From the NCBI GenBank assembly GCA_016704485.1, contig JADJAA010000001.1, positions 1,554,824-1,618,823 on the forward strand: a stretch of DNA of 64,000 nucleotides, read 5' to 3'. Source of the DNA: Flavobacteriales bacterium. GTDB lineage: Bacteria > Bacteroidota > Bacteroidia > Flavobacteriales_F > PHOS-HE28. Below the pieces are notes generated by a model, which saw only the letters and a program-made list of their open reading frames with translations, made no database searches and had not been told where the DNA came from. Both the position numbers and the translations under genes were made by a program. Of the stretch, positions 34,754 to 43,362 are shown piece by piece (the stretch's first letter is position 1; each line of letters starts with the position of its first letter).

Positions 34754-35042
34754 GTAACGATACTTCAAGTTACAGTACACTTACTTGATACAGAGGTGCT
34801 TATGCCATTGCGTGGGGTATGCCTGCTTGTAACACGGGGACTGATAACCCACTCAGCGTCAGGCGTAAAGAGTGATCCGAACGTTGCCCGTGCTGCATAA
34901 CCCATCCTCGAGCGGCCGCGTGCGGGCTACAGTAAATGAAAAGAACCCCGGCCAGTTGTGCTAGGATTCTTCCGTTCGGGGATGGTGTATGAGTGGCAGG
35001 GTCGTCTGCTATGCGGCAGACTGACCCTGAGCGGGTTTAAAA

Positions 35043-35327
35043 ATGCGCCGCTGCACTACGCAATGGGTAGCGGATGCGCAGTTCGCTTACCTGGTGGACC
35101 CCGCATCGCCCGAAGCGGAACTTCCGCACAAAGCAACCCTCTTGGTGCACTGCCCGGAACGCGGCGAGATCCGGCTGAATATATTGTCCAACGGTTCCAT
35201 CGCCGAACTACAGTTCACGGACTGCTATGAACCGATGTCCAGAACCACCAGCATAGCAGAAGAATCCGATCCGATGTCTCCTTTTACCGTGGTACATCGG
35301 CATTGGGATCACGGCAGTGAGGTGTAG
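35043..35327 (+). CDS. Possible 94-aa hypothetical protein
   Basis: It is the only ORF in the 2.1-kb gap with ordinary amino-acid composition (…DAQFAYLVDPASPEAELPHKATLLVHCPERGEIRLNILSNGSIAELQFTDCYE…). A strong plus-strand terminator follows 22 nt later. It has no homolog I recognise. Confidence 0.3.
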   Translation: MRRCTTQWVADAQFAYLVDPASPEAELPHKATLLVHCPERGEIRLNILSNGSIAELQFTDCYEPMSRTTSIAEESDPMSPFTVVHRHWDHGSEV

Positions 35328-35348
35328 GTGTGCCCCTCATTTGAATGG

Positions 35349-35384
35349 AACGACCCCGCTGTTTTTGCTGGGTCGTTTTTTTTG
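35349..35384 (+). terminator. Rho-independent terminator
   Basis: AACGACCC (35349-35356), 13-nt loop, GGGTCGTT (35370-35377), followed by a T run. Confidence 0.7.
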
Positions 35385-35457
35385 CTGGGGGGCGCGAGAG
35401 ACGAGCTTCCATTCTTGCAGACCATGGATCAATGGGCATTGGATGGAATGTAAATTG

Positions 35458-36426
35458 TCAAGCCTTTATGAACTCGTTCACAAAAGCTTGTACAAATTGC
35501 TTGGCTAAAGCAGAGTAAGGCTTGGTCGGCTCTGTCAGTTGCATCAGCAATTCCACCTCTTGCTCGATCATCGCCTCAATTGTTCCTGTGGTCTTTTTTA
35601 CAAGTTTGTTCAATGTACGTGTTGGTACTTTATCCTTGAATGATCTGATATCCTTACCGATCTCGTTCGATAGGTCGATCAATTTCAAGATCATCTCAAA
35701 ACGCATTTTTAATCGCAGAATGTATTCTCTGCGCATATCGACCAACCCCTTTCTATTCAAGCCGTAGATCTCAATGGAACGGATCGCTTTTTGCCAATGG
35801 ATCTCCCTTTTTATCACGTTCTCTGATGAGGGCAAAGCAATGGCCTTCATTACTCCTGAGTCATCGTATTCCAAGTATTTGCTAGGTTCGTCCGTACAAG
35901 GGTTCAACAACAAACATTGTTCGCCTGAAATATCGAACAGCGGCGCACTCGCACGCATTGTTTCATCAAACAATGGAAAAGAGTTTGCCTTTCCTTGTTT
36001 TAGCTTTTTCCATTGATAGGACCCATCTATGGGGTTCTTTCGATACACATATTGATAGCGCGCTCTATTGCAGTCTATGCATGAAGGGAGTAGATTATCC
36101 CATTCCATTGCGAGCTTAGCATATACACCTACTTTAGTTTCGGTCTTGTTCGTCAATTCTACGAGCACTTCGGATTTGGGTCTGAAATGCTCAATATCCA
36201 GCGGTTGTGTGCGCGTGTAAGGTGATTCGCAATATGCACATTTACCATGGAACATAAGCTCCAACAACTCAGGCACTTTTTCGTGCTTGTAAAGCTTGAA
36301 ATCGGGCTTTAGGTCCTTGTGGAAATCGCTTCGAAGCCATGCTTCCACCTCTTCCTTTTCTTTGTTGAAGGCATCCGAGGTTATGGTAAGTGCCTGCGGG
36401 GCATTTACGCGTTTTCGTTTGATCAT
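35458..36426 (-). CDS. PtuB-like HNH endonuclease (TIGR02646-type)
   Basis: HGKCAYCESPYTRTQPLDIEHFRPKSE...WDNLLPSCIDCNRARY, followed by LLLNPCTDEPSKYLEYDDSG. It starts 8 nt downstream of the ATPase gene. Confidence 0.75.
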   Translation of the reverse strand: MIKRKRVNAPQALTITSDAFNKEKEEVEAWLRSDFHKDLKPDFKLYKHEKVPELLELMFHGKCAYCESPYTRTQPLDIEHFRPKSEVLVELTNKTETKVGVYAKLAMEWDNLLPSCIDCNRARYQYVYRKNPIDGSYQWKKLKQGKANSFPLFDETMRASAPLFDISGEQCLLLNPCTDEPSKYLEYDDSGVMKAIALPSSENVIKREIHWQKAIRSIEIYGLNRKGLVDMRREYILRLKMRFEMILKLIDLSNEIGKDIRSFKDKVPTRTLNKLVKKTTGTIEAMIEQEVELLMQLTEPTKPYSALAKQFVQAFVNEFIKA

Positions 36427-36434
36427 TGAAGAGC

Positions 36435-38822
36435 TCAGTTGTTCAGGCGCCAGGAAGCATCCGTTAAAGCCTCTATTATCTTCTTAGTGGGTTTGGGAAA
36501 TCGTACGTTGGTCGGTGACTTCATCAAGTGCTCATCGATCAGCCTCAACAAGTACATATCACGCCGACTACTACCGAGAATGCTCTTTCTGTTGAGTCGT
36601 TCATGTAGATCCTTCAGTTGTGCCTTACCCGAATCATCTAACGCCGATGCCTTCGCTATGAGGTTGTAATAGCGGTCAAAGAATTCAGCTGTGCGCGGGT
36701 CCAGGGTTGTACTTAATCCGAATAATTCTGAGGTAAGGAGCTGGTCGGAACGTAAGCCAGCCGGCGAATCCATGTCGTCGTGTACTGTAGCCATGGAAGG
36801 GTCGTCCACATTTCTCTTGACCAATGCTACTTCACCAGCACCCAGCCCATGCAGGCATAGTGGCTCATGGGTGCTCGCGATGAATTGGATAAGCGGAAAT
36901 GTCTGTTCCAATCTTCTTAAGATGCTCATGCGCCAACTCGGGTGCAGATGTGCACCGATCTCATCAATTAGTACCACGCCTCTAATTTGATGCGTATCCG
37001 TTGGATTGCCTGCCATTATATCACAGGCTAGACCAACCATGGTCTTGTAACCCGCACTAAAATGCTTTAAGCGGGTGAATGACCCGTTCACGAAAAGCCC
37101 GAATTGTGTTGGCTTGTTGTTTTCAAATTGAAAGTCGAGACGTGTAGAATTATCTGTAAGATCCAGCAGGTCCTTCAAGGCCACACAAACATCGAAGAAC
37201 TGCTGTTGATTCTTTACCACTATGGTACGTAACCACTCTTCGGCATCTACCATGGGATAGAACGGGTCAAAGAGGTTCTGGATGTTCTTATTCACTCCCC
37301 TTTTCTCTAACAGATCAGAACTCTTGCCTTTTTGCGGCAGCAATCGAACAGGCCCGTATGCACGAAGAAATATATTCGGGACCTCACCTTGCTCCCATTT
37401 TAATCCGCTATTCGTGATGTTCACTACGATAGGATCTGTTCGCTGATGAAAGTAGACTTCAATTCTACCTGACGTAGCTCCACGCCTCAAGCTAGTGCTG
37501 AAATGCTCCTTCATCTTACTCAAGGCTTTCTTGCCGCTGAGTATCAATGCAAGTGCTTCGAGCAGCGAACTTTTTCCTGACCCGTTCTCACCCAGCAGCA
37601 TTTTCCAACCGCTGTGTCGAAAGGTTTCCTGTTGTGGAGATTCGGAGCCGTTTTCGTCGATCGTCTTCCGGCGTTCCTCTTGATTGCCTCCCGCTGTTTC
37701 CGTGTTCAAGTCTAAGTTCAGTTCACGTTCTGTGTCTACTAGGTCTTTCGGGCGTTCTTGGGGGATCAAGAATACAGCCTTCTCGAAGATCCTGTAATTC
37801 TCAACTATTAATTTGCTAATGGTCAGCGCTTGATGCGCGACTTTCTCCTTGGACGGCGCATTCTCTGTGGCGGTTTTCGGAGGAGTTCTTTGCGCCTCGG
37901 AACTCGTCTTCTTTGGAGACTCCTTATTAGCGCGTGTTGATCCCGGTTTCGTACGCGCTCCGGTCTCAGCTTCTAATAAGGACCCAGGCTTATTGAGCCC
38001 TTTGCTTATTGTTTCGACGTGCAGGCCGTCGCCTTGAATGAGGATTTTTAGTCCGAAGTCCTCCTTAAGAACATGGTTACTCAGATTCCGCATTGGACTT
38101 TGCGGGTCTATCAGTCCTTTCAAGAAGTGATCTTCTTCTACGGTTCGAGGTAGTTTCTCACCCTTTTTTTTAAGAACCAGAGACTTTGTCAAGTCGCGAA
38201 CTCGGTGAACCATATCACTCCTTCTATTGATGGCGGATTTCCGGTTCAGGTCCAGAGTTTCAATGGTCACCTCGGCTCGTCGCTTCTGCATGTGCCCTAA
38301 AGTGGAACGAGGCTTTATCATTCCATTAGATGAATAGTCGAAGTACTCCTCCGGATCGTCTTCATAAGGATTCAGCAAATACGGTTCTTCTTTCTCGAGC
38401 GCACTCCCCCGAGGCTGGTCATCAGCATGCTTGATAGGAACACGTTTTCCGGCGATGGGAAACTGTGCTCCCTTTGCAAAACTGCACTCATTGCATATGG
38501 GTAGCATGTTCTGCCAATCAAACAATAGCCACCAATAGTGGTCGCCAACCTGCTCATTTGGTTCCACTTTTACCGGTCGGTACAGGTCGATGTGTACCGT
38601 CTTTTCATTCAAGGGTGCTTCGCAATACGCACATGCATTATTGGAGGTTTCCAGAAGATCTCGGTTTACATCACGAGAATACTGTGGAGCCTTGTGTCTT
38701 ATCTGGCTTCGCTTCTCTAAAGGTTGCGCATAAAACTTCCGAAGTTCATTGAACGTCTTCTCTCCTTCCGTACTGTACTGTAGGTCTGGTGGAGATACTT
38801 TACTTCGGTTCAGTTTTCTCAT
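36435..38822 (-). CDS. Fusion of a PtuB-like (HNH-derived) N-terminal domain to a PtuA/AAA_15-type ABC-like ATPase
   Basis: N-terminus NNACAYCEAPLNEKTVHIDLYRPVKV...WQNMLPICNECSFAKG. Low-complexity linker (KPGSTRANKESPKKTSSEAQRTPPKTATENAPSKEK). Walker A LLGENGSGKSSLLEAL. Walker B VVLIDEIGAHLHPSW. FIASTHEP. Confidence 0.75.
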   Translation of the reverse strand: MRKLNRSKVSPPDLQYSTEGEKTFNELRKFYAQPLEKRSQIRHKAPQYSRDVNRDLLETSNNACAYCEAPLNEKTVHIDLYRPVKVEPNEQVGDHYWWLLFDWQNMLPICNECSFAKGAQFPIAGKRVPIKHADDQPRGSALEKEEPYLLNPYEDDPEEYFDYSSNGMIKPRSTLGHMQKRRAEVTIETLDLNRKSAINRRSDMVHRVRDLTKSLVLKKKGEKLPRTVEEDHFLKGLIDPQSPMRNLSNHVLKEDFGLKILIQGDGLHVETISKGLNKPGSLLEAETGARTKPGSTRANKESPKKTSSEAQRTPPKTATENAPSKEKVAHQALTISKLIVENYRIFEKAVFLIPQERPKDLVDTERELNLDLNTETAGGNQEERRKTIDENGSESPQQETFRHSGWKMLLGENGSGKSSLLEALALILSGKKALSKMKEHFSTSLRRGATSGRIEVYFHQRTDPIVVNITNSGLKWEQGEVPNIFLRAYGPVRLLPQKGKSSDLLEKRGVNKNIQNLFDPFYPMVDAEEWLRTIVVKNQQQFFDVCVALKDLLDLTDNSTRLDFQFENNKPTQFGLFVNGSFTRLKHFSAGYKTMVGLACDIMAGNPTDTHQIRGVVLIDEIGAHLHPSWRMSILRRLEQTFPLIQFIASTHEPLCLHGLGAGEVALVKRNVDDPSMATVHDDMDSPAGLRSDQLLTSELFGLSTTLDPRTAEFFDRYYNLIAKASALDDSGKAQLKDLHERLNRKSILGSSRRDMYLLRLIDEHLMKSPTNVRFPKPTKKIIEALTDASWRLNN

Positions 38823-38823
38823 C

Positions 38824-40638
38824 TTAACTATGTGCTATTCTGTGGAACGTGTTCGCCAAATAGTGCTTCGGGTTAGTCCTGGCGATCAGGTCGAATTGTG
38901 CTTCGCTCAGGCCGGCCAGCATATTGGCATAGAGCTCCTTTTCTGATAGGTGGTTCCTCACGACAAAAAAGTCTGTACCGAACAGGACCCGTTCACCGAG
39001 TTTCTTCACTGAATGGTCGATCGTCTTTTTCAGTAACGGTTGTATCCACGGATCGTGCAATATGTAACTGATATCTGCATAAACGTTCTCATAGCGCAAC
39101 ATCATACTGCAAATGATCGTGTACCAGTCAGCTTCCATCCAGTGAGCGTAGACACGTGTCCATTGGATGCGCTTGTGTTCGTTGTCATAATACGATCGAT
39201 GAAATAATCCGCTTTCAGCATGCAGGTTCAGATCTTGGTTGTACTGGTCATTATCGGCTTCTAAATGTCGTTTCCATTCATCAACACCACCAAAATGTGC
39301 CAAGCAGATCTTCAATTGAGAAAGTGATCGGAATTTTTCATCGGGACCTTTTTCGAACAACGTTTGAATTCGGGGTTGGCAGCTCACGAGGTGCTCCCTC
39401 AAGAGGTCATCATCCAGCAGGCAGAGGTAGTTCAATGGATGTGTGTAGTTCTTTTGAAAGTCGATTCCGCGAAGTTCCAACAGGTCAATGGGTGCGATCA
39501 CCGTATCGTCATGTGCGTCCTCTATTCCGGTTGAACGCTTGAAGACAGGATGCTTTGCCATTTCATCAGTGATCTTGTCTCGGGAATATATTGTGCCATG
39601 CACGCAATGGGTCATGATCGGTAAACCTTCCTGAGCTGCATACGCCCACACGGGCAATAGGTCTTCATCGAAAGGATAATAACCTAAAGCCGGGTAGATC
39701 TTGAATCCGCAGCAACCATTGCTTAGATACTTCTGGACTTTACATTCAAGCAAGACTACTTTACCGTATTCTACTTTCCACTTGAAGAAGTCATCCTCTT
39801 CACGAATTCGGCGTGGATCAATGAAGATGAAAGGCAGTATTTGATGTCCATGATCTTCACCTTTGGTAAGTTTTACAAGCCCTTCCATTTGTTTGTGGAA
39901 ATCACCTAATCGGTGGACCTTCCCCGCACCCATGTATTTCATATCCATTGGTAGAACAATGAATTTGGTTTCGGCTGGGTACTGGGCCCGGAGTTTTTGA
40001 AAGAGTAGACTTAGTCGCCTTTGGTCATCACCGGTTTTCGCACTTTTCGTCTCGTAACCATAAGAGCTGAAGCGTGCGATAAGTACGTATCGCTCCAAAA
40101 GGTCCATGTACTCCGTAGCAGGAAAGCTCTTGATCATTGGAACAAACTTTTGTAGAAGGAACCAGATCTGTCTTCGAACGGCTGGGATGAATGCAATAAT
40201 TGCTGCTACGAATATGGTCTTGATCGCCCAGTGTAATTCATGAAAGTATAATTTATACTTTACAAGTAACGCCAAGAACGCCGCGATATATTTCGACCCG
40301 CCATAGAAGGTGCTTTCAACCAAAACTTCATAAAGGAATAATAACACATAGATCGTAACGATCAAATTAAACGCACCTCGTACAAACTTCAAGAAGCTGT
40401 TTCGTTGGATCCTGTTCTGCGCCTTTACCTTGTTTATGCGTATGGTTTCTTGTGCCGGTTCATACCGCTCGGCATACTTCCGTCGGTTGCACTTCACGTA
40501 AAGTTTCATGAAGTAATCCATTCGCGCCCACTTGTACAACGGCCACGGAAGAATACCCTTTGCATGCTCTGGAGGCACGTGATAGTTGTTGAACAAGTGC
40601 ACGTGGCAGTTCACTATGGGGTCCTTCACTTTACTCAT
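38824..40638 (-). CDS. Amidohydrolase-superfamily (Amidohydro_2-like TIM barrel) protein with an inserted block of about 3 TM helices
   Basis: Metal ligand candidates: VNCHVHLF, GFKIYPALGY, IMTHCVHG, CLAHFGG, LFGTDFFV. A hydrophobic insert at about aa 85-165 (FLKFVRGAFNLIVTIYVLLFLY, YIAAFLALLV, IKTIFVAAIIAFIPAV). Its stop is 1 nt from the ATPase start. Confidence 0.7.
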   Translation of the reverse strand: MSKVKDPIVNCHVHLFNNYHVPPEHAKGILPWPLYKWARMDYFMKLYVKCNRRKYAERYEPAQETIRINKVKAQNRIQRNSFLKFVRGAFNLIVTIYVLLFLYEVLVESTFYGGSKYIAAFLALLVKYKLYFHELHWAIKTIFVAAIIAFIPAVRRQIWFLLQKFVPMIKSFPATEYMDLLERYVLIARFSSYGYETKSAKTGDDQRRLSLLFQKLRAQYPAETKFIVLPMDMKYMGAGKVHRLGDFHKQMEGLVKLTKGEDHGHQILPFIFIDPRRIREEDDFFKWKVEYGKVVLLECKVQKYLSNGCCGFKIYPALGYYPFDEDLLPVWAYAAQEGLPIMTHCVHGTIYSRDKITDEMAKHPVFKRSTGIEDAHDDTVIAPIDLLELRGIDFQKNYTHPLNYLCLLDDDLLREHLVSCQPRIQTLFEKGPDEKFRSLSQLKICLAHFGGVDEWKRHLEADNDQYNQDLNLHAESGLFHRSYYDNEHKRIQWTRVYAHWMEADWYTIICSMMLRYENVYADISYILHDPWIQPLLKKTIDHSVKKLGERVLFGTDFFVVRNHLSEKELYANMLAGLSEAQFDLIARTNPKHYLANTFHRIAHS

Positions 40639-40766
40639 TTTTGATCCAGTGCGTACTGATCACTTATAGAGATCTTATGATGCCAGTACTATCGGTCAGA
40701 AATGCATTGACTTGCCACCACATTATTGTGATGGCTCATGGTCGAATGGAACGTAAATCTGTGGAG

Positions 40767-41864
40767 TTAAGAATTAGGTACTATCTGCACACCAAACCGG
40801 AACTGGAAATTCTTCTTCACGAAATCATCTCCGGAATACCAATTAGCCACTATTCGAACGACGCTATTCAATGCTAAACCTGCGCTGAATTGCCAAAGAT
40901 CGATACCTCCCTCTGACGTACGATCAAGATTATGCCAAAAAACAGCATTTCCACTTATGTGAGAATAGCGCACTTGACCAAAAAGAGCCATGCGATCCTT
41001 AATCCCAGTAAGTGAAAATACCATTTCTGCACCATTATCAAAGTTTTGGCCAACGACATTTGTGTCTACCCCGATCTTAGGAAGATCGAAGGATAATCGA
41101 GGTGCATAATGCAAGCGAATGGACAATCGACGGTTCAGTGAGGTAAATCCGACAATTGGCACACCGAAATTCAAAACCCCGTTTCCGCCACCGCCAAGAA
41201 TACGTTGCACCTGATCTTGGAAAGTGGCGCTGGAGTCTGAAACTGGCACTGTATCTGGCTCACTCGTCTTGTTGCTGATCAGCGCACCAAAACCCATTCG
41301 CACTGGTCCGAAATAATCATAAACAACCTCCGAGTATAGAGATGCTTTCTGTGCTTGCCCACTATACGTGAGGAGATTATTCTTTAGGAGTTTTCCCCGT
41401 TCCTCTTCAGAACTGAAACCATCGTAGAAATATTCCGTCGCAATTCGCCGGACCGCCAAGCCATAAAGCCCTTCTGTTACATCCGGATCGAACCGGATGC
41501 GCAACAATTCTTCTCTGTACGACTGGAAATCCTGCCTTCGCTGTCGATATGCGGCTTTCAGTGAATCGATCAGTTCTTTTGAATCGGCGGAGCGGTCATT
41601 ATCCAGTGCTTGGAACGAAGCTCTTCGGAATGCTTGTTTGTGTTTCTTGTTTTCGGCTCGATCGTCTTTCAAAAATGCATATACACTCTTTACTTGTATT
41701 GACGAATCAGACGGTTCAAGGAATTTATTCAGTTCAACTTTTGTTAAGTCTATGTTGCTTTTCCGAGACTCACTGTTTGGAAAAACAAATGGCCCCGTTT
41801 GTGCGAACATTGTGCATGAGGTTGAAAGCAGGAATATCGCAATTGTTGTTCGTCTCATTGTCAT
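40767..41864 (-). CDS. Secreted/outer-membrane protein of unknown function (beta-barrel-like C-terminal half)
   Basis: Signal peptide MTMRRTTIAIFLLSTSCTMFAQ. The C-terminal region has alternating hydrophobic residues and ends FQFRFGVQIVPNS. Confidence 0.6.
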   Translation of the reverse strand: MTMRRTTIAIFLLSTSCTMFAQTGPFVFPNSESRKSNIDLTKVELNKFLEPSDSSIQVKSVYAFLKDDRAENKKHKQAFRRASFQALDNDRSADSKELIDSLKAAYRQRRQDFQSYREELLRIRFDPDVTEGLYGLAVRRIATEYFYDGFSSEEERGKLLKNNLLTYSGQAQKASLYSEVVYDYFGPVRMGFGALISNKTSEPDTVPVSDSSATFQDQVQRILGGGGNGVLNFGVPIVGFTSLNRRLSIRLHYAPRLSFDLPKIGVDTNVVGQNFDNGAEMVFSLTGIKDRMALFGQVRYSHISGNAVFWHNLDRTSEGGIDLWQFSAGLALNSVVRIVANWYSGDDFVKKNFQFRFGVQIVPNS

Positions 41865-41884
41865 ATACTTTTCAGTTCAATTAT

Positions 41885-42676
41885 TTAGACTTCTACACCA
41901 TAAGATTCCGTGAACGCCGCTTCAGCGTATGATTTGCTGGCGTAAGCAAACCCTTTGTCTCCCCACAGAGTGGTTCCCCAACTGTTTCGCACGATGAAAT
42001 GATCAGGCGTGTATCCGACAATAGAGACAGCGTGGCCACCTAGGTTGTCGCTGGCACGGTAGCGCGCTAGTTTGCCCCGTGTCTCTTTCGCATCCATAAA
42101 GGCGTTGTCACAGTTCAGCCGGGTGAGAATGGGGCCTTTGTTGGCGATCCAGCGCCGCCATTCATTCAGGTCTTGGCCTAATGAGAAGTAGCGCATCACC
42201 TTCAACTGCGCAGCAATCGCGTAGAACACATCGGTCTCATCCGGATAGAGTATTCCGCGACCGAAAGGCAACACGCTATCCAGCACTGCGCCGTATTTGC
42301 GCGATACATCGAGTGCTGCTTTCAGACTGGTTCCATCGCTTTCAATGAATGAGGTTGGTTTGTCGGTGAATTCATCGATCTCCTTTGCGGCCATCCATGT
42401 AAAGCGCGTGCTAAGCCTACGGTTGGTGGCGATCCTTCCGGCTTTTGCGAAATGCCAACGCAGCACACCTTCGGCGCAAGCCCAGCCAACGCACGAGCCG
42501 GTACTTCCTTGGTCGCCAATGGTCCACCAATCTTCTCGCAAGTCTTTTTTAGGCGGAGGTGGTGCTGGTGCGCGTAGTGCGCCAGCGGCACGTGCTGTGT
42601 GCAAGTTCCAATCGTTTGCGGTGTTCAATGAAGGAAGGCAATTGAGGACGCGGGGAGGTGATTTCTTTGTTGCCAT
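41885..42676 (-). CDS. Papain-like C1-family cysteine peptidase (no signal peptide seen)
   Basis: Catalytic motifs DQGSTGSCVGWA (Cys), GGHAVSIVGY (His) and VRNSWGTTLWGDKGF (Asn). Confidence 0.8.
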   Translation of the reverse strand: MATKKSPPRVLNCLPSLNTANDWNLHTARAAGALRAPAPPPPKKDLREDWWTIGDQGSTGSCVGWACAEGVLRWHFAKAGRIATNRRLSTRFTWMAAKEIDEFTDKPTSFIESDGTSLKAALDVSRKYGAVLDSVLPFGRGILYPDETDVFYAIAAQLKVMRYFSLGQDLNEWRRWIANKGPILTRLNCDNAFMDAKETRGKLARYRASDNLGGHAVSIVGYTPDHFIVRNSWGTTLWGDKGFAYASKSYAEAAFTESYGVEV

Positions 42677-42708
42677 TTTTTTGAGGAATTTGTTGACTTA
42701 AGCTTCGT

Positions 42709-43362
42709 TCATGCGCTCCACCGCCACCCCAACACATCACTCGCCGGGTAACTACTTACACAAACACTATTACTCTGATTACCGCCTAACACCATGATGC
42801 CGGTACCGCGCGTTTCGAGGTAGAAGGCCACATGGCCACTGGTGGTGCTGTTGCCGCGTTTGAAGACTGCGATGCATCCGGGAACGGGCTCGTTAATTTT
42901 TTTGCCCCATTGCAACCAGCTGCGAGCGGCGGCGGAGTTGGTGCCGCGCAAGTTTGCTTTGGTGATGCACCAGTTAACGAATGACGAGCACCATGCCACC
43001 TCATCGGTGGTTGCTTTGAGACCTGTAGTACTGTGGTATTCAATTATGCGCTGGTTATGCTCAGGACCTGGATATTCCTTAACACCGATCTCTGCACGGG
43101 CGATCTTCAACCAAGCAGGCTCATCTATCGGTGGAGCGGTGGCAACCGGTTCGATGTAGGTGGTGCTTACCCAACCGGTAAGTGTGCCATCGCGCAATTT
43201 TGCGCTCACTTGCGCCCAACCATTCCGCGGTCCTTGCAAGAGGTCCAATGCGGTATGCTGCGGTAGGCGACCGATGATGGATCGATTGGTACTTGGGCCT
43301 TCGCGAAGGCGAAGTACAGAGGCGGTGGTGCGGTGAGTTGGCATGGTGTTTCGTTCGAACAA
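42709..43362 (-). CDS. SH3b domain + TIGR02594/CHAP-like cell-wall amidase
   Basis: N-terminal SH3_3-like LRLREGPSTNRSIIGRLPQHTALDLL...GWAQV. C-terminal EVAWCSSFVNWC (Cys) and TSGHVAFY (His). Alternative start ATG 43344. Confidence 0.75.
   Translation of the reverse strand: MFERNTMPTHRTTASVLRLREGPSTNRSIIGRLPQHTALDLLQGPRNGWAQVSAKLRDGTLTGWVSTTYIEPVATAPPIDEPAWLKIARAEIGVKEYPGPEHNQRIIEYHSTTGLKATTDEVAWCSSFVNWCITKANLRGTNSAAARSWLQWGKKINEPVPGCIAVFKRGNSTTSGHVAFYLETRGTGIMVLGGNQSNSVCVSSYPASDVLGWRWSA

Noticed and set aside
34182-34788. Four long track ORFs (158-193 aa) on both strands with heptad-repeat proteins (QVHVLTG..., KYMYLRD..., CTCPVST...).
   Set aside because: They are a by-product of a 21-bp (7-codon) tandem DNA repeat that lacks stop codons in several frames. 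Mutually overlapping ORFs cannot all be genes, and none has a plausible start context.
34907-34919. CTCGAGCGGCCGC (adjacent XhoI and NotI sites), reminiscent of a cloning-vector polylinker and therefore possible contamination.
   Set aside because: It is only 13 bp. The flanking sequence shows no other polylinker sites or vector features, and it is continuous in composition with the surrounding GC-rich DNA. I treat it as coincidence.
34960-35340. Structured RNA gene (tmRNA, RNase P, 6S) in the GC-rich non-coding stretch.
   Set aside because: I found no tRNA-like acceptor/T-arm end (GGTTCGA..CCA), no tag reading frame ending in ..ALAA*, and no RNase P GAGGAAAGTCC core. This cannot be excluded without a covariance-model scan.
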